From IMG/VR virus record IMGVR_UViG_3300033172_000005: a stretch of 41,630 nucleotides of DNA. The stretch is one strand, 5' to 3'. A program made the translations under genes and the position numbers. The number at the start of each line of letters is the position of its first letter. Position 1 is the stretch's first letter. Of the stretch, positions 23,688-30,508 are shown in pieces. Origin of the DNA: a virus. The notes under the pieces were generated by a model, which was not told the DNA's origin, did no database searches, and was given only the letters and a program-made list of their open reading frames with translations.

Positions 23688-24891
23688 TCGCCGGCTCCTC
23701 GCCCGCCGCCGTCATGTTCATCGGCGTCAGGTACTCGTCCCCGCCCTCGATCTCGTCCATGTTCTCCAGCTTCCGGATATCGTTGGCGCTCATCCAGCCC
23801 CACTGCCGCGCCACCGCATACGCCTGATAGCGGCTCATCGTGTCCCCGCGCAGCAGACCCTCGACCAAATGTTCGGCGTAAAATCGTTTCTGCTCATTGG
23901 CCGTCAGCAGGTCCCGCTGGATCGCCTGCTCGAACCGCACCAGCCACGGCCGCACCGTGTCCGTTACGAACTCGATGGCCTGGTGCTCGATGTTGGAAAA
24001 TGTGGCCTTGTCCAGCAGCCCGATTTTGTGCGGCGGCATGCGGTAGATGCGGGCGATCTCCTCCGCCTGAAACTGACGCGTCTGCAGGAACTGCGCCTCT
24101 TCCGGCGGCACGCTCAGCGTCTCCACCGTCATCCCCTCCTCGAGGATGCGGATGCGATGCGCCTGGCTCAGCCCGCCGTGCTCTTCCTGCCACGACCCTT
24201 TCAGCCGGTCGTACGCCTTGTCGCTCAGCGCGCCCGGGTGCTGCAGCACGATCCCCGGCCTGGCCCCGTTGCCGAAAAAACGCGCGCCGTATTCCTCCGT
24301 CGCCAGCGCCAGACCCACCGCCTGCATCGCCGTGCGCACGGGCGAATAGCCCACCAGCCCGTCGCCGCTCAGCGTGCGCACATGGTGCACCTGTTCCCGG
24401 CGAAGCTTCACCGTGCTGCCGTCGCCCGGCGCGTACTCATACTCCACCTGCCCGCGCACCCGCCGCACCGCCATCCGGTCCGGCCGCAGCGGCCACAGCT
24501 CCGCCGTCTGCCCGCTGCCGTTGCGCACGATCTCTGCGTACGCATTGCCCCACAGGCACAGGCTCGCCGTCATCATCTCGCGGAACTCCATCGCCGTCTG
24601 TTCCGGGTTCGGCTGCGTGTGCAGAATGCGGTACAGCGGATGATTCTCCGCCCGCGCCTTCCCCCGCGTCTGGCGCTGATAGACGATCAGCGGCAGGCTG
24701 GCGACCGTCTCGCTCAGCACGCGCACGCACGCGTACACCGCCGGCAGCGCCAGCGCGCCCTCTTCCGTCACCGTCACCCCGGCGTATGTGGAGGCGCTCT
24801 GCAGGCCGAACAGCCGCGCCCAGTCCGCATCCTGGCTCGGATGCGTCCGCCTGCTCACCTCGCCCAACAATCTCGCCGTAAAACCGGTCAT
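23674..24891 (-). CDS. Portal protein, HK97 family.
   Basis: LPAVYACVRVLSETVASLPLIVYQR...NHPLYRILHTQPNPEQTAMEFREMM...WGNAYAEI matches the HK97-type portal pattern. The ATG at 24891 (MTGFTARL) is chosen because the longer TTG start at 25008 would overlap the promoter and terminator. Confidence 0.88.
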   Translation of the reverse strand: MTGFTARLLGEVSRRTHPSQDADWARLFGLQSASTYAGVTVTEEGALALPAVYACVRVLSETVASLPLIVYQRQTRGKARAENHPLYRILHTQPNPEQTAMEFREMMTASLCLWGNAYAEIVRNGSGQTAELWPLRPDRMAVRRVRGQVEYEYAPGDGSTVKLRREQVHHVRTLSGDGLVGYSPVRTAMQAVGLALATEEYGARFFGNGARPGIVLQHPGALSDKAYDRLKGSWQEEHGGLSQAHRIRILEEGMTVETLSVPPEEAQFLQTRQFQAEEIARIYRMPPHKIGLLDKATFSNIEHQAIEFVTDTVRPWLVRFEQAIQRDLLTANEQKRFYAEHLVEGLLRGDTMSRYQAYAVARQWGWMSANDIRKLENMDEIEGGDEYLTPMNMTAAGEEPANEEQ

Positions 24892-24915
24892 CCCGTCGTC
24901 GCTCCGCACAGCGCC

Positions 24916-24956
24916 AAAACAAAAAAGCGCACCCGGTCCTCGCGGACCGTGTGCGC
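24916..24956 (-). terminator. Strong intrinsic terminator in the 5' leader of the portal operon.
   Basis: Minus-strand RNA reads GCGCACACGGUCC-GCGA-GGACCGGGUGCGC, a 13-bp stem with one A.G mismatch, followed by UUUUUUGUUUU (24926..24916). It lies 25 nt upstream of the portal ATG. Confidence 0.75.
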
Positions 24957-25001
24957 TCGTGGCGTCCTCTATAGTTGTCTGCGCATCCCCTGCGCAAACC
25001 T
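24916..25001 (-). ncRNA. Predicted ~85-nt terminated leader RNA (6S-like) from the late promoter.
   Basis: Spans the inferred start about 7 nt after TATAGT to the terminator U-tract. Also contains the hairpin UGCGCA-GGGGA-UGCGCA. Confidence 0.3.
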
Positions 25002-25007
25002 GACTCA

Positions 25008-25036
25008 ACTATACGTCGGTGGCGTTAAACTGTCAA
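25008..25036 (-). promoter_or_regulatory. Near-consensus sigma70 promoter TTGACA-N17-TATAGT directed at the portal/structural operon.
   Basis: On the minus strand, TTGACA is at 25036..25031, the spacer is exactly 17 nt, and TATAGT is at 25013..25008. Confidence 0.7.
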
Positions 25037-25076
25037 CCGATTAGAACAAAACAGAACATAACCTGTCAGTTTGACG

Positions 25077-25116
25077 AATTCCCCAGAATTCCCCAAATTG
25101 CCTATTGCAATTCCCC
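25077..25116 (+). repeat. Three AATTCCCC boxes (25077, 25087, 25109) between and over the divergent promoters. Operator candidates.
   Basis: GAATTCCCCA occurs twice in tandem with a 10-bp period. A third copy overlaps the -35 of the plus-strand promoter. Confidence 0.5.
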
Positions 25117-25133
25117 CGAATTTGTGATTTAAT
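25105..25133 (+). promoter_or_regulatory. Sigma70-type promoter TTGCAA-N17-TTTAAT (TGn extended -10) for the plus-strand cassette.
   Basis: TTGCAA at 25105..25110, a 17-nt spacer ending in TGA, TTTAAT at 25128..25133. The leader to the first ATG is about 175 nt. Confidence 0.55.
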
Positions 25134-25313
25134 GGAGGTAGGAAAAACGATACGGACTCGGACGAACCGAGACAGGGCCTAGCAATAGGCGAACCGGGGA
25201 GGACCCGCCAGACCGCCAGAACAACGGAGGTTGATAGACCAGGAGTCAGCGGCAACCGAGCCGCTCTGATGATTGGCCGAATCCGAGGCCGAAACTCCAG
25301 AAGGGAGAATACG

Positions 25314-25616
25314 ATGAACAAGGCAAGCTATTTCGTCCGCGTGGACACCTATTGGGCTTGGGCGCCCGACTATTTCGTCGGGCCGTTCGCCAGTCGAGAC
25401 GCCGCACAGGCGGCGATCGACGAGGCGCTGAGCGCCAGCGGCGGGCTGGCGCAGATGGCGTACAACCTCTCGCCGGATGTCTGGTCCGGCGTGCGCATCC
25501 ACGGCATTCTGTCACGCACCGCTGCACGGCGCAGCGGCATGCGTGATGACGACCAGATCAGCCGCATTCCTCTGAATGCCGACGATCTGGCCCGCCAGAT
25601 TGAGGAAATTTTCTAA
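25314..25616 (+). CDS. Hypothetical protein (100 aa), first gene of the opposite-strand cassette.
   Basis: ATG at 25314 behind a GAAGGGAGAA SD. Well-composed sequence (MNKASYFVRVDTYWAWAPDYF...). Confidence 0.65.
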   Translation: MNKASYFVRVDTYWAWAPDYFVGPFASRDAAQAAIDEALSASGGLAQMAYNLSPDVWSGVRIHGILSRTAARRSGMRDDDQISRIPLNADDLARQIEEIF

Positions 25617-25668
25617 TCGCACCCCACGCCTGCCGGTGGGCGTAATCACCGGCAGAAAGGGAATTACG

Positions 25669-25938
25669 ATGAAACTCACAACCGCGGAGGTTTTCGCCCT
25701 CGCTCGCCTCGTTAACGAGGCGAGCATAGGGTTGGACGGCACGAAAGTGCACGCTGCTGTCCACATTGCGGATAGTGCCGAAGCGCGGCACTATCCGCAC
25801 GTCGCCGAGGCAAGAGATCGCCTCGGCGATGAATGGGTGCTCATTGTCTGGTCGGAGGGCGAGCCGACGAAGGTAACGCCCTCCGACCAGACAATCGGGG
25901 CGGCCACAATGGCCGCCCTTATGGGGGCCGACCTATGA
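25669..25938 (+). CDS. Hypothetical protein (89 aa).
   Basis: ATG at 25669 behind a GAAAGGGAA SD. Its initiation region is nearly identical to that of the preceding gene. Confidence 0.6.
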   Translation: MKLTTAEVFALARLVNEASIGLDGTKVHAAVHIADSAEARHYPHVAEARDRLGDEWVLIVWSEGEPTKVTPSDQTIGAATMAALMGADL

Positions 25939-26612
25939 CGTACTACGTAGAGGCAGAGATGCTGGGTGACAGCGCCACCAACGCCGCCGCCCGGCGCATG
26001 GTAGAGTTGCTGCAAGAGCGCGGTGTTGACGCCGCGCTCGGAAGCCCGCTGCAATATGACCACGACCCGGACGAATGCCCCGACGCCGTCTGGGAGCAGT
26101 GCCTGGACGTTATCGGTATCGAGGCGACGGTACGCGCGTTCACCGTCGCCTTCATCCAAAGCCGGGGATGGCAGTTAGGCCAGACCATCCCCGGCCTAGA
26201 CGCCGCCATCGTCGAAGCCGCGCCGCCCCCGGCGCTCGCCGGCGACCTGCAGCCGCAAGATTGGCTGCAAATGGCGCTGTACGGCGCGGGCCTCGTGGAC
26301 GCCGACCCCGGCGAGATGCGCGACGTGTGCCAGAGCCTCGCGGAGTGGCTATTCGCCGTGCCCGGTGAATCGGCCTACGCCATCCCGGACGCATGGACTG
26401 CCAGCCCGATGGGTGCGCTGTGGTGGGCGGCGCTGGTGCGCGCCGAGGGCGACGCGCTCGTCACCGTGGCCGAGGCCGCGCGTCTGGCGGGCGTCAGCGT
26501 CAAGACGCTCAGCAAGCGCATCGACCGCGGCGCGCTGCGCGCCTACGTCGATCCGTCCGCCCCCGCGCGTCAGGGGCGGCGCCTAGTGCGGCGCAGCGAC
26601 GTTGCGCCGTAG
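25935..26612 (+). CDS. Protein with a C-terminal excisionase/MerR-type HTH (225 aa). Candidate Xis/RDF or late regulator.
   Basis: The C-terminus LVTVAEAARLAGVSVKTLSKRIDRGALRAY...RRLVRRSDV fits the excisionase-family HTH pattern. ATGA overlap with the previous gene. Confidence 0.65.
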   Translation: MTYYVEAEMLGDSATNAAARRMVELLQERGVDAALGSPLQYDHDPDECPDAVWEQCLDVIGIEATVRAFTVAFIQSRGWQLGQTIPGLDAAIVEAAPPPALAGDLQPQDWLQMALYGAGLVDADPGEMRDVCQSLAEWLFAVPGESAYAIPDAWTASPMGALWWAALVRAEGDALVTVAEAARLAGVSVKTLSKRIDRGALRAYVDPSAPARQGRRLVRRSDVAP

Positions 26613-26630
26613 CCGCCCGCGACTCCTAGC

Positions 26631-26656
26631 GCCCCAGGCATCGCGTCTGGGGCTTT
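26631..26656 (+). terminator. Hairpin plus short T-run at the convergence of the plus-strand cassette and the leftward unit.
   Basis: GCCCCAG 26631..26637 pairs with CTGGGGC 26647..26653, then TTT. The U-tract is weak. Confidence 0.35.
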
Positions 26657-26658
26657 CC

Positions 26659-26772
26659 TCATCTTCGCCTCAACCACGCCCGGACCTGCACCCACGCCGC
26701 CCAGGCCGCCAACCCGACCAGCAGGAAGACGACCCCTCTGTCCGCATCCCACTGCGCCGCCAAATTGTCCAT
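26659..26772 (-). CDS. Micro membrane protein (37 aa), not in the ORF track.
   Basis: MDNLAAQWDADRGVVFLLVGLAAWAAWVQVRAWLRRR: one transmembrane helix with a basic tail. Translated by hand. Confidence 0.4.
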   Translation of the reverse strand: MDNLAAQWDADRGVVFLLVGLAAWAAWVQVRAWLRRR

Positions 26773-26773
26773 A

Positions 26774-26932
26774 TCACTCCCCGTCCGGCCCCAGCAACCG
26801 CACGATGTCCAACTCCACCACATGCCGCCCGCGCCGCAGCTCCAACACCCGCGTCTCCGGGTAAAACCGCCCCATCAACGCCCCCATATGGTCCCGCACA
26901 TCCACCGCCGCCGTCCCGCCGGTCCACGTCAT
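26774..26932 (-). CDS. Small soluble protein (52 aa).
   Basis: MTWTGGTAAVDVRDHMGALMGRFYPETRVLELRRGRHVVELDIVRLLGPDGE. Its ATG overlaps the upstream TGA (TGATG). Confidence 0.4.
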   Translation of the reverse strand: MTWTGGTAAVDVRDHMGALMGRFYPETRVLELRRGRHVVELDIVRLLGPDGE

Positions 26933-27102
26933 CACCGCCTGGCGATTCGTTCCCTCCGCCCCTTCGCCCATGCAGTCCCCATCCCCGCCGTAAACAACAC
27001 GACGCCCGCAAACAGCGCCGTCGCCTCCCAGCCGAACCAGCCGTACAACGCCGCGCTCACCGCCAACAGCCCCACCACGATCAGCCAATCCCCGCCGTCC
27101 AT
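26932..27102 (-). CDS. Micro membrane protein (56 aa, two transmembrane helices), not in the ORF track.
   Basis: MDGGDWLIVVGLLAVSAALYGWFGWEATALFAGVVLFTAGMGTAWAKGRRERIARR. A GGGGGCGAG SD follows the GT2 stop. The overlapping track ORF frame is G/R/V-rich junk. Confidence 0.5.
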   Translation of the reverse strand: MDGGDWLIVVGLLAVSAALYGWFGWEATALFAGVVLFTAGMGTAWAKGRRERIARR

Positions 27103-27111
27103 CTCGCCCCC

Positions 27112-27798
27112 CTACGGCCTATGCTCCACCACAACCAGCGGATCCGCCCAAATCCCGAACCCCCGCGCCCGCGCCATCCGGCACAGACCCCGGTCCACCT
27201 CCGCCGCCGTATACCGGCAGCCCGCCCGCAGCACCTCCGCCCGCATCAACAGCGTTCCGCCCACCGTCTGCATCTTCACCAGGTCCCGCCCATAGCGCCG
27301 CCCCAGGTCGAACCGCCCGAACGCCGGCACGCCGCGCCCGTCTTCCGTGCTGAACGCCCAGATGTCGTAGAACACATTGCCCATAAACACGAACGGCGCA
27401 ACCAGGTCCGCCCCCGGCCGCTCCAGATCATCTGCCAGCCGCTGCAGCATATCCGCCTCATACACGATGTCGCTCGGCAGCATCAGCACATAATCCGACC
27501 AGCCCAGGTCGACCGCATCCATGCCCGCATTATACACCGTCGCCAGCGTCGCAAACCGCTCCGCATTCACCACGCTCCCATAATGCGGCGCGCCCGTATC
27601 GCAGCGCACCACCCGCCAGCGCGGATCCCAACACGCCTGCTCTTCCAGCCGCGCCCGCGTCCCGTCCGCGCTGTCGCCCTCCACCGCAACCACGCGCAGC
27701 GCCTCCCACTCCCACGCCAGCCCGTCCACCCGGTCCGCAAACGCCTCGACCCGCCCCTCGCAATCGCGGAACGGCGCAACAATCGTCACATTCCCCAT
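27112..27798 (-). CDS. Family-2-like (GT-A fold) glycosyltransferase, 228 aa.
   Basis: VTIVAPFRDCE...VVAVEGDSADGTRARL resembles the GT2 N-terminal signature (xDxSxDGT). LPSD acidic motif. No transmembrane segment. Confidence 0.7.
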   Translation of the reverse strand: MGNVTIVAPFRDCEGRVEAFADRVDGLAWEWEALRVVAVEGDSADGTRARLEEQACWDPRWRVVRCDTGAPHYGSVVNAERFATLATVYNAGMDAVDLGWSDYVLMLPSDIVYEADMLQRLADDLERPGADLVAPFVFMGNVFYDIWAFSTEDGRGVPAFGRFDLGRRYGRDLVKMQTVGGTLLMRAEVLRAGCRYTAAEVDRGLCRMARARGFGIWADPLVVVEHRP

Positions 27799-27799
27799 A

Positions 27800-27874
27800 T
27801 CACTCTCCCAAACACGCTAGCCACACGGCCAAAACCATCACGATCATCGCCCACATCGCCTGGTCGAACGTCAT
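27800..27874 (-). CDS. Micro hydrophobic peptide (24 aa), not in the ORF track.
   Basis: MTFDQAMWAMIVMVLAVWLACLGE. Its ATG directly abuts the acyltransferase TAG. Its stop lies 1 nt before the GT2 ATG. Confidence 0.35.
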   Translation of the reverse strand: MTFDQAMWAMIVMVLAVWLACLGE

Positions 27875-28357
27875 CTAGTCCCCCCATCTGATCAGCCCGC
27901 TGGAAGTCACCCTCCCCACGAAACGGGGTTGCGGCGTGAGTTCCCGCGCCGGATTCCCCGCCACGATGGCGAACGCCGGCACATCGCGCGTCACCACCGC
28001 CCCCGCGCCCACCAGCGCCCCGCGCCCGATGCGCACCGGCAGCAGCACCGCCCCGCTGCCGATGCTCGCCCCATCCTCGATCACCGTCCGCAAATGCCCC
28101 GGCGCGCCTTCCGTCGAGGGCCGCTTGTCGTTCGTCGTCATCACCCCATGCCCGATGAACACCCCGTTCCCCACGCGCACCCCCGCGCACAGAAACGTGT
28201 GGCTCTCGATCTTGCAGCCCTCGCCGATCTCCACATCCTCCTGGATCTCCACGAACGGCCCCACGAACGTCCCCGCCCCGATGAAACACCGGTACAGGTT
28301 CACCAGGTCAGGGAAGGGGATCCGCACCCCCTCCCCCAGCACGCAGTTCTCAATCAT
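27875..28357 (-). CDS. Hexapeptide-repeat (left-handed beta-helix) acyl/acetyltransferase, 160 aa.
   Basis: Repeated [LIV]-G-x4 turns: IGEGCKIESHTFLCAGVRVGNGVFIGHGV...IEDGASIGSGAVLLPVRIGRGALVGAGAVVTRDVPAFAIVAGNPAR. ATGA overlap with GT4. Confidence 0.8.
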   Translation of the reverse strand: MIENCVLGEGVRIPFPDLVNLYRCFIGAGTFVGPFVEIQEDVEIGEGCKIESHTFLCAGVRVGNGVFIGHGVMTTNDKRPSTEGAPGHLRTVIEDGASIGSGAVLLPVRIGRGALVGAGAVVTRDVPAFAIVAGNPARELTPQPRFVGRVTSSGLIRWGD

Positions 28358-29556
28358 CCCTGATCCGCCAACTCCGCAATCACCGGCTGCCAGTAATCCT
28401 CCACCACCCTGTCCCAGCCGTACTCCTCGTGCGCCCAGCGGCTCGCCTCCCGCCGCAGCGTCATCGGCCAACGCCCGCCCTGCAGCGCCCAATCCTCATA
28501 CAGCCGCTCCAGCGCCGCCTGCATCCCCCGCCAGTCCGGCCAACTCCACCAACATCCCAGATGCGACCAGCACAGATCCGCCGGCGCAACCCGCTCGCCC
28601 CACATCACCAGCTCGCTCATCGACGCGAAATCCGTCGTCACCACCGGCGTGCCGCACGCCTGCGCCTCCAGGATCGGCAGGCCGAACCCCTCGCTCTTCG
28701 ACCCCGCAATCAGCGCATCCGCGCAGTTATACAGGGCCACCATCACGTTCTCCGGGTAACCCATCCAGTACTGGCGCTGGTCGGCAAACACCACCCGATC
28801 CAAAATGCCCAGCTCCCGCGCCAGCTCCGTCAGGTCATAACCGCCGAACCGCGTCCCCGCCTCCGTGTGCACATACAGCCGCGCCTGCGGCTTGCCCGCA
28901 GCGAAGGCCGCCCACGCCCGCAAATTGCCTTGAAAATGCTTGCGGTCGTCGCTGCCCTTATTCGCCGCCACCATCAGCGTCAAATGCTCCACGCCGGGGA
29001 ACCACTCCTCCCGCCAGTGCGCCCGCTCCGCCTCGTCCAGCACGCGGAACGTTTTCGGCTCCACCCCGTGCGGCACATACAGCGCCCGCTCTACGCCCGC
29101 CTTGTGCAGCTCCTCCAGCCCCCAGCGGCTGTACACCAACGGCCTGTGCGCCGTATCCAGCGCCGCCCGCACCCGCGCCGCCACCGGCGCCCCGTCGACG
29201 GGGAACCACGGCAGCCACTTCGCCGGCGCAACCCGCTCCCCCACCCCGTGTTGCGTCCACACGTCGATCAGCGTAATCACCGCGTCCGCCTCGAAATCCC
29301 GCGCGTACGCCCCGATCATATCCGTCCCGTACGGCTGCGCCCCTGCCGGATAAACCCTGAACCCGTCCACCATCATCGAACCGCCGGCAAGTCCGAACCA
29401 GGCAAACATCGCCACATTCTCACGGCCGCCCACCTCCGGCAGCGCCGCCAGCCGCGGCAGCAAATGTTTGCCCTGCGTTCCGTATCCGGTCGACACCCAA
29501 AAACCATTTGAGGAGTACAGGATCCTCAGCCCCTTCCGCCCTTCTCCGTTCGCCAT
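28354..29556 (-). CDS. GT-B fold, family-4-like glycosyltransferase, 400 aa.
   Basis: E-x7-E motif in SKSEGFGLPILEAQACGTPVVTTD. ATG at 29556 (MANGEGRKGLRILY) behind a GAGGA SD. Confidence 0.8.
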   Translation of the reverse strand: MANGEGRKGLRILYSSNGFWVSTGYGTQGKHLLPRLAALPEVGGRENVAMFAWFGLAGGSMMVDGFRVYPAGAQPYGTDMIGAYARDFEADAVITLIDVWTQHGVGERVAPAKWLPWFPVDGAPVAARVRAALDTAHRPLVYSRWGLEELHKAGVERALYVPHGVEPKTFRVLDEAERAHWREEWFPGVEHLTLMVAANKGSDDRKHFQGNLRAWAAFAAGKPQARLYVHTEAGTRFGGYDLTELARELGILDRVVFADQRQYWMGYPENVMVALYNCADALIAGSKSEGFGLPILEAQACGTPVVTTDFASMSELVMWGERVAPADLCWSHLGCWWSWPDWRGMQAALERLYEDWALQGGRWPMTLRREASRWAHEEYGWDRVVEDYWQPVIAELADQG

Positions 29557-29578
29557 TCGTTGATCCTCGTCGTTGTGC

Positions 29579-30508
29579 CTATCTGCTGAATTGCCAAAGG
29601 GCTGAAACTCGCCCCATATCCCACGCAGCCGCCATCTGCCGGCGCAGCTTCTCCTCAACCTGCTCCGCGCCTGCTTCCGAATACCATTGCAGAGCTGCCC
29701 CGTCCCGATCTGTCAACACATCCAGCAAAATGCCGTAGCGCAGCGCCGCTTCGATGTACGGTTCCGGCGTATACCATTCGTTATTTCCGCTGTTGTGCGT
29801 TACGTGCGGACGCACGTTCCGCTCTGGCGCTTCCGCATATATGTCATCTATTGTTTCGTAATCTTCAGGGTATCCGCCCCACACCTCAGCCTGCTCAGCC
29901 GATGTTGGTTCCGGCCCAGAAGCCCACGCCGGCAGCGGTTGCGGTTCGGGCTGGGACAGCGGTACAACCGTCCGCTTACCGATGTTCTCCGTGTTGATCG
30001 TGTAGGTTGTGCCGTTGCGGGTGGCTTTGATCTTATCTGGGCGTTGCATCTTGCCCACTGAGCAGGATGCAAACTCGGCAAACCAACGGGAAAGAGTCTG
30101 CCGCGGGATCATTGTGTGGCGGGCAATTTCGCTCTGACCCTTGCCAAACCATTCAGGATCAAAATAGATGCGTTGGGCGATCTTCTTCAGATCGGCACTG
30201 TTACGCCGCAGCCCATAATCTCGATTCGCACCCAACGCCCACCACTGAGCATCGCGCTTTGTCCCATGGTGTAGTTCGGCGGGAAAGACCATCAATCCGG
30301 CATAATCTCGCGCCGCTGTAACGCGATGAAAACCATCCGCCAACCAGTAAGTAGAGCCGTCGAAGAACACCACCACGGGCGGAAACTGTGCGCCGTCTTT
30401 CATGGCCGCGGCATACTCGCCAACAACGATCATGTCGAGCTGATAACGCGCTTGTATATCTTCATCAAGCACAATGGATCTGAGTTCTATTTCTTTCATT
30501 TCGTTCAT
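29579..30508 (-). CDS. ParB-like nuclease domain plus HTH protein, with a truncated Dam-type methyltransferase start at the C-terminus.
   Basis: FFDGSTYWLADGFHRVTAA is the ParB/Srx DGxHR motif. GQSEIARHTMIPRQTLSRW is an HTH. NNEWYTPEPYIEAA resembles an MTase N-terminus, but no (D/N)PP(Y/F/W) follows. Lower GC by eye. Confidence 0.7.
   Translation of the reverse strand: MNEMKEIELRSIVLDEDIQARYQLDMIVVGEYAAAMKDGAQFPPVVVFFDGSTYWLADGFHRVTAARDYAGLMVFPAELHHGTKRDAQWWALGANRDYGLRRNSADLKKIAQRIYFDPEWFGKGQSEIARHTMIPRQTLSRWFAEFASCSVGKMQRPDKIKATRNGTTYTINTENIGKRTVVPLSQPEPQPLPAWASGPEPTSAEQAEVWGGYPEDYETIDDIYAEAPERNVRPHVTHNSGNNEWYTPEPYIEAALRYGILLDVLTDRDGAALQWYSEAGAEQVEEKLRRQMAAAWDMGRVSALWQFSR

Noticed and set aside
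24892-25008. Longer portal N-terminus starting at the TTG at 25008 (track ORF 23674..25008).
   Set aside because: The extension would be translated from the promoter -10, the leader hairpin and the terminator stem. The ATG at 24891 gives a conventional portal N-terminus.
25140-25313. Known riboswitch in the long leader of the plus-strand cassette.
   Set aside because: Several hairpins are visible, but I could not match any riboswitch core I know (c-di-GMP, preQ1, SAM, TPP and others). It is left as an unclassified structured leader.
26933-27088. N-terminal half of track ORF 26774..27088 (MADRGGAVGGERGVV...).
   Set aside because: It has a TTG start and a G/R/V-rich composition. The overlapping frame encodes a clean two-transmembrane peptide with an SD and stop/start coupling, so only the MTWTGG... 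part is kept.
27786-28289. Alternative minus-strand ORFs overlapping the acyltransferase and GT genes (for example 27786..28289 and 28958..29260).
   Set aside because: These are G/R/A-rich frames overlapping genes with clear enzyme motifs, and are considered frame noise.
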